From NCBI GenBank assembly GCA_963675745.2, contig CAXXWX010000015.1:384001-448000 (forward strand): a stretch of DNA of 64,000 bases. Direction: 5' to 3'. The position numbers were made by a program, and so were the translations under genes. The notes beneath the pieces were generated by a model. The model searched no databases and was not told the DNA's origin. It saw nothing but the letters and a program-made list of their open reading frames with translations. This document shows, one piece after another, positions 57,041 through 64,000 of this stretch. This DNA comes from Phycisphaerae bacterium (GTDB lineage Bacteria; Planctomycetota; Phycisphaerae; UBA1845; Fen-1342). How positions within the stretch are numbered: position 1 is the first letter of the stretch; each line of letters opens with the position of its first letter.

Positions 57041-57203
57041 TGCGACAATGATCTGATTGGGCATCGGCGAGTGATGCGCCGGGATTTTTCGTAGTGCGCT
57101 CGTGGTGGTTTCGCGTCTAATGCAGCAGCCAGACAAACTCCCTAATAACAACGCCGCGGCAGAGGCGGCCGGCAACGGAGGGTCGCGAAAGGACGCGAAT
57201 ATC

Positions 57204-58535
57204 ATGGCCGTGCGCTACGGGGCCATGAATTGGGTCGGACGATTTACGCATGCCCCCGAGCTGGCGCTGGTCGGGCCTGAGAATGTGGTCGTGCAAACCG
57301 ATCGCGGCATCGAGCTAGGGCAACGCCTGGCGCTGGTTGGCGAGTGCGCCCAGTGCGTAAGCCAGGAACAGATAAAGACTTACATCAATAACAGCGGCCC
57401 GGAATTCTACCGCCAGCGCTGCGGCCGCGTGTTGCGCAAAGCTTCTCCCGAAGATATTGATGAACAACGCCATCTGAACGCCCACACGCTGGAGGATGTG
57501 GCCACCTGCGCTGAAATGGCCAAGCAGCACTCGCTTGACATGCACGTCGTCACGGCGGAACACCTGTTGGGCGGCGAACGGATCATCTTTTATTTCTGCG
57601 CGGAGACACGCGTCGATTTTCGCGCGCTTGTCAAGGAGTTGGCCCACCGCTTCCAGACGCGGATCGAAATGCGCCAGGTCGGCGCACGCGACGAGGCTCG
57701 CCTCGTGGCCGATTACGAGGTCTGCGGCCGCGAGTGCTGCTGCCGGACGTTTCTGAAGAAGCTGCGCCCGGTCGGCATGAAGATGGCCAAGTTGCAGAAA
57801 TCCACCTTGGACCCGTCGAAAGTGTCCGGCCGCTGTGGACGTCTGCGCTGCTGTCTGCGCTATGAACACACGGGCTATGAAGAGCTCGCCAAGAAGCTGC
57901 CGCGGCGCGGCAAACCGGTGGAGACGGCGGACGGGTTGGGCACGGTCATAGATCAGCAGATCCTGACACAGTTGGTGATGGTGCGCCTCGAAGACGGGCG
58001 GCAGATCAGCTACCCGGTTGACGAGATCAGCGCGCTGACTCCCGCCGAGCTGGCCGAGCGTCAGGCCGCACGGGCCGCGGAGGTCGCCGCCGCCGCTGAG
58101 CAGCGCTCGTCGCGCGGCGCCGGCGCGCGCAGCAAAGCGCCACCGTCAAAGAGACCCGAGCCGGCACCAGACGCCGCCACGCCCGCGCCACCACCTGACA
58201 AAGCCGCACCCGTCGAGGTCAAGACCGAACGGCCGGACGAAGCTGCGGGCAAGCCGGCGAAGCGTCAGAGGCGGCGCCCGCGCCGCCCGAGGTCGAAGAG
58301 CGACACGCGCCAGGATCGCGGCACGCCGAGGCCGGACAAACGCGCCGCAGAAGACAAACCCGCACCACCGGCGGCGCCGGGCACCGCGGCGACCGGCGAA
58401 AAACCCACCGCCGATAAGTCGGGGGGACGCACTGACTCCACAGCGCGCCCCGCGGCGGACCGCAAGCGCCGGCGCCGGCGACGCTCACGCTCCAAACGAC
58501 CGAAATCCGGCGGAGATTCACCAGCCGCTGGATGA
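57204..58535 (+). CDS. PSP1/RicT (YaaT) family protein with Arg/Pro-rich disordered tail
   Basis: RVDFRALVKELA, RIEMRQVGARDEA, CGRECCC, SGRCGRLRCCLRYE; start uncertain (57120 or 57204). Confidence 0.88.
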   Translation: MAVRYGAMNWVGRFTHAPELALVGPENVVVQTDRGIELGQRLALVGECAQCVSQEQIKTYINNSGPEFYRQRCGRVLRKASPEDIDEQRHLNAHTLEDVATCAEMAKQHSLDMHVVTAEHLLGGERIIFYFCAETRVDFRALVKELAHRFQTRIEMRQVGARDEARLVADYEVCGRECCCRTFLKKLRPVGMKMAKLQKSTLDPSKVSGRCGRLRCCLRYEHTGYEELAKKLPRRGKPVETADGLGTVIDQQILTQLVMVRLEDGRQISYPVDEISALTPAELAERQAARAAEVAAAAEQRSSRGAGARSKAPPSKRPEPAPDAATPAPPPDKAAPVEVKTERPDEAAGKPAKRQRRRPRRPRSKSDTRQDRGTPRPDKRAAEDKPAPPAAPGTAATGEKPTADKSGGRTDSTARPAADRKRRRRRRSRSKRPKSGGDSPAAG

Positions 58536-58572
58536 GCGGGCCGCTGAACTCGCGACTGCTGGTGGAAGCCTG

Positions 58573-58977
58573 ATGGAAGAGACCCTTACCGAGCGCTACG
58601 AGCGCATCATCCGCGAGGACGGACGATTCCCGCTCGGTGCCTACGACTTCCTGAATCTCGGGCTGGATTTCACGACCCGCGCGCGCTTCGGCGCCCAACC
58701 CGCCGAGCGCGCACGCCACGTCACCGGCCAGGAGTTGTGCGAAGGGCTGCGCCGCCTGGCACTCGGGCGCTGGGGCCTGCTCGCCCAGACCGTGCTGGCA
58801 CGCTGGAACATCCGCCGCACACGCGATTTCGGCGAAATGGTCTTCCTGCTGGTCGAACACGATGTCATGGGACGCCAGGAGTCGGACAGCATCGAGGACT
58901 TCGACGACGTCTACGATTTCGATGAGGCCTTCGGCCGATACGAGATACCGCTGCACGAGGTTGACGCGGAGTCGTGA
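58573..58977 (+). CDS. Minf_1886-like conserved PVC-group protein
   Basis: D.RF...AY.F, RHVTGQELCEG, W.I..T.DFGEMVF.LVE, DSIEDF..VYDF. Confidence 0.8.
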   Translation: MEETLTERYERIIREDGRFPLGAYDFLNLGLDFTTRARFGAQPAERARHVTGQELCEGLRRLALGRWGLLAQTVLARWNIRRTRDFGEMVFLLVEHDVMGRQESDSIEDFDDVYDFDEAFGRYEIPLHEVDAES

Positions 58978-59100
58978 ACCGGCGTCGGACACCCCGCGAT
59001 CACGCCCGCAGATCACCGCCGGCCGGCGCGGCTTTTGCTCCCACCCGGGCGTCGGGTATAGTCCGTGTTTGCCCGCGGGGAAGCTAACTGAAGTTTCGGG

Positions 59101-60531
59101 ATGAACTCTGAAGTCAGGCATCATTGTGGTCTGTTCGGCATCGCCAACCATACCGATGCGGCGCAGGTAACCTATCTGGCCCTTTATGCGCAGCAGCATC
59201 GCGGGCAAGAGTCGGCCGGTATCTGTCTGAGCGACGGCGAGACCATAGAACGGGCCGCCGGCTTGGGGATTGTCACCGACGCGCTGGATCTAGCCCAACT
59301 GGAGCAACACCGCGGCTCGGCCGCCATCGGCCACGTGCGCTATTCAACGACCGGCTCGACCAGTGTCAGCAATACACAGCCGCTGCTGGTCAACTGCTCC
59401 CACGGGCAGATCGCGATCGCGCACAACGGCAACCTGGTAAACGCGTCCGCGACGCGCGCGGCCTACGAACACGACGGGCACATTTTCAGCACAACCTCCG
59501 ACACCGAGATCGTGCTGCACATGCTCGCGGACCGCGAATTCTCCGAACAACCCGACCCGCTGGCCGCCGTGCTGCGCCATTTGAGCGGTTCGTATTGTTT
59601 CCTGCTGCTTTACCCGGACCGCATCGAGGCCGCCCGCGATCCGTACGGCAACCGGCCGCTGTGCCTGGGTCGGATCGACGATGCCTGGGCGGTCGCAAGT
59701 GAGAGCTGCGCGTTTGATATCGTGGATGCCGAATATGTCCGCGATGTTGAGCCCGGCGAGATCGTGACGCTCACCCGCCACGGCGTGAGCTCACGCCGCT
59801 TCGCCGATCCTCTGCCACACCGCGCCCATTGCGTGTTCGAACACGTCTATTTCGCCGATCCGGCCAGCCTGGTGTTTGGAGAGAATGTCCATCACGCGCG
59901 GCGGGCGATGGGGCTGCGGCTGGCGGAGGAAGCCCCCGTGGACGCCGATCTGGTAATCGCCGTCCCGAACTGTGCGCGCTGCGCGGCGTTGGGCTATCAC
60001 GAAGGATCGGGGATTCCGCTGGGCCGCGGGTTCACGACAAACCACTATGTCGGCCGCTCCTTCATCCAGCCGTCACAATCGATCCGAGACCTGACGGTCA
60101 AGATGAAGCTGAACCCCATCCGGGCGCGCGTCGAGGGCAAACGGCTGGTGGTCGTGGAGGACTCGGTCGTGCGCGGCACGACGACGCGCGGCAAGATGAA
60201 ATCGCTGCGCCTGGCCGGCGCGCGAGAGATTCACCTGCGTGTCGCCAGCCCGCCGATCCGGCATGGTTGCTACTACGGCATCGACTTCCCCGACCGCAAG
60301 AAGCTGGTGGCCTATAACCGCACGGTCGAGCAGGTGCGCGAGTACCTCGATGTTGATTCGCTGGTGTACCTGTCGCTCGAAGGAATGCTGAGCGTATTCG
60401 AAAACGAGGCCGCCGATTTCTGCAACGCCTGCTTCTCCGGCGCGTACCCCATCCCGATTGAAGCGGATTTCTCGAAAGACGTGTTCGAACACGGGCAGTT
60501 GAAGTTCTTCAACGGCGCCGGAGAGTCCTGA
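59101..60531 (+). CDS. purF: Amidophosphoribosyltransferase
   Basis: Propeptide then CGLFG, QHRGQESAG, GHVRYST, HNGNLVN, VVEDSVVRGTT, Fe-S cysteines (FCNACF). Confidence 0.96.
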   Translation: MNSEVRHHCGLFGIANHTDAAQVTYLALYAQQHRGQESAGICLSDGETIERAAGLGIVTDALDLAQLEQHRGSAAIGHVRYSTTGSTSVSNTQPLLVNCSHGQIAIAHNGNLVNASATRAAYEHDGHIFSTTSDTEIVLHMLADREFSEQPDPLAAVLRHLSGSYCFLLLYPDRIEAARDPYGNRPLCLGRIDDAWAVASESCAFDIVDAEYVRDVEPGEIVTLTRHGVSSRRFADPLPHRAHCVFEHVYFADPASLVFGENVHHARRAMGLRLAEEAPVDADLVIAVPNCARCAALGYHEGSGIPLGRGFTTNHYVGRSFIQPSQSIRDLTVKMKLNPIRARVEGKRLVVVEDSVVRGTTTRGKMKSLRLAGAREIHLRVASPPIRHGCYYGIDFPDRKKLVAYNRTVEQVREYLDVDSLVYLSLEGMLSVFENEAADFCNACFSGAYPIPIEADFSKDVFEHGQLKFFNGAGES

Positions 60532-60596
60532 CGGGGGGGTGCCCCTGGCGGCAAACCACCAGTAGCACCCTCGCGTGCAGTAGCAGCCGTGAGCAC

Positions 60597-62303
60597 TCAG
60601 CTCCCCTCAATCTCCTCCATTGCCGCGTCGATCAGGGGTTTGAGCGTGGCGTGCGAGAAATCCCATTTCAAATGGGCCGCCTCGAACAACTCCGGCAACG
60701 GCCGCGAGCCGCCCAGGGCCAGCGCGTTGCGATACCAGGCAACAGCTTGCCCGAAGTCCTTGCGCGAGTTCATCCATACCTGAAGCGCCCCAAGCTGGGC
60801 GATGCCGTATTCCACGTAATAGAACGGTACCTGGAAGAAGTGCAGCTTCTGATGCCATGAGTGGCGATCGACGTCTTCCAGGCCGCTGTAATCCAGGTGC
60901 GGCGCAAAACGCTTGGTCAACGTTTGCCAGTGGTCGTTACGGCGTTGGATGTCGTGATCGGTGTGGGTGTAGACGTAGTGCTGAAACGCGTCGACGCGCG
61001 CCATCCACGGGAAGAAATTGACGATCTTGGTGAAGAACCTCACGATCGCGCGCCGGGTGTCGCCGCCGTAAAACTCATCGAGATAGGGCAACCCGAGACA
61101 CTCCATGCCCATCGAGGCGACCTCGGCAAACTCCATCGGCGAGTGGCGGTACGGCAGCAGCGGTTCCTGGCGGCAGGCAAACGAGTGAAAGGCGTGTCCG
61201 CCTTCGTGCAGCAACGTGCGCACGTCGCTCTCCGTGCCGACGGCATTCATGAAGATAAACGGCAGCCGCCGCTCTTCGAACACGGCCTGATAGCCGCCGG
61301 GAGCCTTGCCCTTACGGCTGTCGAGATCAAGCATCCTGGCCGCGCTCATGCGGTCGAACTGCGCGCCTAGATCGGGACTGACCTTGTGAAAGATGCGGCT
61401 GCACCCGGAGATGAGCTCATCGACCGCTTGAAACGGCTGCAACGGCGGCCGGCTCTCGGGATCGACCTCCATATCCCAGGGACGCAGCGTGTCAACGTCG
61501 AGCTTGCTCTTGCGCTGATCCGCCAGTTTTTGCACGGCCGGCACGACAACCTGTTCTATCGCATCGTGAAACGCGAGGCAGTCATCGGGCGTATAGTCAA
61601 AACGCTGCTTGGCTTTGAAGGCGTAATTGCGAAAGTCACCGCAATCGGCGTTGCGGGCAATCCGGTCACGAACCTTGACCATCTTGTCGTACAACTCGTT
61701 CAGCTTGTCGGCCTCGACGAGGTAGCGATCCATGCACAGCCGCCACGCCTCTTCGCGCGTGGCGCGATCTGGCTCCTCGAGGTAGCGGGCGGCCTGTTGC
61801 AGCGTGATTTCCTCGCCGCGATAGGTCACCGTCATGGCGCCGGTGATCTCCTGGTATTGTGTGCAGAGCTTGGCGTCTTCGGTTTGCAGCGGGATGTTCT
61901 CATCGCGGAACAGCTCGATGGCGCTGCGCATGTTGCGCGTGAGCACTTCGTAGCGTTTGGCCGGCAAGTCAAATTTCTCGGCGCACTGCACGTACTTCCG
62001 GCGGAGCTTGTGTTCCCAGGGCTCGCGCTGCGGCTCGATGTTTTCAATGAAGTGCAGGAAGGCCTGTTTGGCCTGTTGATCATCAGTGGCGCAGGTCATC
62101 GCGGTGTAGCGCGCCGTCTCTTCTTCGCCGTAGATCGCCGCCACCTCACAGGCATCCAGCAGCCACTGCTCAAACTGCTCTTGCGAGCCGATCTCGCGGT
62201 CGATGAGTTGGCGGTAGTACGGCTCGATCTGCCCCCAATCTCCGAAGTCGGCGTCGGTGGCCACGAAACTGCGGGGAAACTCGGCGGTCGCTGATGCGCT
62301 CAT
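60597..62303 (-). CDS. pepF: M3 family oligoendopeptidase
   Basis: LHEGGHAFH zinc motif, RKGKAPGGY, EFAEVASM, PFYYVEYGIAQLGA. Confidence 0.88.
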   Translation of the reverse strand: MSASATAEFPRSFVATDADFGDWGQIEPYYRQLIDREIGSQEQFEQWLLDACEVAAIYGEEETARYTAMTCATDDQQAKQAFLHFIENIEPQREPWEHKLRRKYVQCAEKFDLPAKRYEVLTRNMRSAIELFRDENIPLQTEDAKLCTQYQEITGAMTVTYRGEEITLQQAARYLEEPDRATREEAWRLCMDRYLVEADKLNELYDKMVKVRDRIARNADCGDFRNYAFKAKQRFDYTPDDCLAFHDAIEQVVVPAVQKLADQRKSKLDVDTLRPWDMEVDPESRPPLQPFQAVDELISGCSRIFHKVSPDLGAQFDRMSAARMLDLDSRKGKAPGGYQAVFEERRLPFIFMNAVGTESDVRTLLHEGGHAFHSFACRQEPLLPYRHSPMEFAEVASMGMECLGLPYLDEFYGGDTRRAIVRFFTKIVNFFPWMARVDAFQHYVYTHTDHDIQRRNDHWQTLTKRFAPHLDYSGLEDVDRHSWHQKLHFFQVPFYYVEYGIAQLGALQVWMNSRKDFGQAVAWYRNALALGGSRPLPELFEAAHLKWDFSHATLKPLIDAAMEEIEGS

Positions 62304-62415
62304 GTCGTACCTCTTGGCTGGCGTTGTCCGGGTAGTTCCTGAAGTGGATGATTATTGACGATGCGCCGCCGACGGCAAGTGCGCCCCCATGTCGCAAGTT
62401 GTCGCGGCCGGCAAT

Positions 62416-62496
62416 GTAGCGGCCGGCGCCTCGCCGGCCGTCGATCACCTGACGCGCTTCCTCGCGCCGGCGGCCTGCGGGGGCGCAGGCCGTTAC
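62416..62496. repeat. Inverted pair of REP palindromes
   Basis: gtagcggccggcgcctcgccggccg (62416..62440) and cggcctgcgggggcgcaggccgttac (62471..62496). Confidence 0.8.
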
Positions 62497-62546
62497 GCGC
62501 CGCACATCGGCCGCTACGCATTCGGGGGCGGCCGGCAGCGCGGCTG

Positions 62547-63598
62547 CTATTCCCGTAGCGCCTTCTCCAGGTCAGGTGAACGAAGTTCGTCGCTACGCTT
62601 TCGCGATGTCGCACCGCGGCGGCCTCGCCGAAGTTGGTGCGCCGGGCCTCGTCCCAATAGCGTCCCTGCTTGTGCTCGTATGACGCCCGCATCGCCACCT
62701 CGGCGACCAGGCCCATCATGATCGCGAAGAATCCCAGCAGGAAGAACATCAGACCCACCAGGGGCGCCTTGCCCCAGAACGCCTGCCACCAGCCTACGCC
62801 CTGGCCGGCCAGGTAGGCCGCGTTGCACACGGCGAAAATCATGCACGCCAGCGTCGCCAGCCATGAGCGCACGGCGATCTTCCCGAAGAAGTGTATGGGC
62901 TTGTTACGATAGCGCTGCAACATGCGCACGAGCAGCAGATCGAACGCCACCTTCAGAATACGCCCATAGCCGTACTTGCTGGTGCCGCTGGTGCGGGGCT
63001 TGTGATCGACGACGACCTCGTGGATGCGCGCCCCGTGCATGGATGCGTAGATCGGGATGAATCTGTGCATCTCGCCATACAGCCGTGAATCGCGGATCAT
63101 CGAGGCCCGGTAGGCCTTGAGGGTGCAACCGTAGTCGTGCAGCTTCACGCCGGTCACGTAGCTGATAATCTTGTTGGCCACGCGGGAGACGAGCGTGCGG
63201 TGCCAGGAGTCCTTGCGATTACGGCGCCAGCCGCTGACGACGTCGTAGCCCTCTTCGAGCTTGTCGCAGAGGCGCTCGATCTCTTCGGGGGGGTTCTGTC
63301 CGTCGGCGTCGAGCGGCACGATGATGTCGGCCCGCGCGGCCCAGAATCCGGCCATCATCGCCGCGGTTTGCCCGAAGTTACGTGCCAGGTGAATCACGCG
63401 GACGCGTGGATCATGGCCGGCAAACTCGTCGAGAATCGCGGCACTCCGGTCTCGGCTACCATCGTTGACGAAGATGAGCTCGAATGAACGCGACTGGCTC
63501 GCCAGAATATCGACGAACCGCGGGACGACGTGCGGGAGGCTCTCCTCCTCCTGGAACACGGGCACAACCACTGATACATCAGGTCGCAAGTGTGGCAT
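62547..63598 (-). CDS. Polyprenol-phosphate glycosyltransferase (GT2, ArnC/GtrB-like); 3' end uncertain
   Basis: VSVVVPVFQE, FVNDGSRD, RNFGQTAA, LDADGQN.P, LHDYGC, GEMHRFIP and two C-terminal TMs; the called ORF runs on through REPs to 62300, so a frameshift near 62620 with stop at 62547 is possible. Confidence 0.85.
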
Positions 63599-63702
63599 AC
63601 TCTCCATCCAACCACGGCCGCCACGGGGGCGGCTGCTGCAGGGCGTTTCGGTTACTATAGCGTTCACGGTCGAGATTCACACAATATCCCGAGGATTTGC
63701 AG

Positions 63703-64000
63703 ATGCCGAAGAGCTACGATGTTGCCGTGCTGATGGGTAGCAAGAGCGACTGGGAGGTAATGCGGGCAGCCGTGGAGACACTCGAGGCGTTTGGCGTTTC
63801 GTGCGCGGCTGGAGTTTTATCGGCCCACCGCACGCCCGATGCGGTGGCCGCCTTTGTGCGTGAATCTGAGGCCGGCGGCACGCAGGTGTTTATCGCCGGG
63901 GCCGGCATGGCGGCACACCTGGCCGGAGCCATCGCCGCTCAGACAACGCTGCCCGTCTTGGGCGTGCCGCTGGCCGCGTCGGCGCTCAACGGGCTCGACG
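63703..64000 (+). CDS. purE: N5-CAIR mutase PurE (truncated at window end)
   Basis: Manual translation: MPKSYDVAVLMGSKSDW...SAHRTP...IAGAGMAAHLAG...LPVLGVP. Confidence 0.95.
   Translation, partial: MPKSYDVAVLMGSKSDWEVMRAAVETLEAFGVSCAAGVLSAHRTPDAVAAFVRESEAGGTQVFIAGAGMAAHLAGAIAAQTTLPVLGVPLAASALNGLD

Noticed and set aside
62300..62546. C-terminal extension of the GT2 ORF up to the pepF start
   Set aside because: Translates REP palindromes into low-complexity Arg-rich sequence; probably not real coding, although the 4-bp overlap with pepF means it cannot be fully excluded
1..64000. Numerous long antisense or alternate-frame ORFs in the ORF track (e.g. 11380..12390, 30458..31687, 34470..35744, 51115..52185)
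   Set aside because: Shadow ORFs expected in high-GC DNA; they overlap well-supported genes and lack recognisable motifs

Overview
High-GC bacterial chromosomal window, most consistent with a Planctomycetota (Phycisphaerae-like) genome. This is inferred from the sulfatase-like cluster, a PEP-CTERM protein, a dockerin-like-tailed secreted protein, a Minf_1886-like protein and CxxC-YNLRGL-CPECG membrane proteins. Recognisable housekeeping genes are fliM, rdgB, rph, rplU, aceE, prpE, pilT-like, purF, pepF and purE. Accessory content: (1) an operon with a DUF318/SO_0444-type permease fused to an HflK-like SPFH domain, followed by hflC and a second hflK; (2) a dihydropteroate synthase with Sul-type signatures, bracketed by heptamer-repeat hairpins; (3) a coupled three-gene TIGR04255-like module that may be a toxin-antitoxin-chaperone or defence unit; (4) a 1.2 kb islet bounded by a 35-bp duplication of the 3' end of a DnaJ-domain gene; (5) four sulfatase-fold genes with Thr in place of the formylglycine Cys/Ser; (6) Wzt next to a giant methyltransferase/coiled-coil/GT2/GT4 protein; (7) a gingipain-like protease. 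Intergenic DNA is rich in REP/REPIN-like palindromes and 7-8 bp tandem repeats. Several single-base frameshifts look like assembly errors. I saw no tRNA, rRNA, CRISPR array, integrase or transposase. All calls come from motif recognition by eye; no searches were run.
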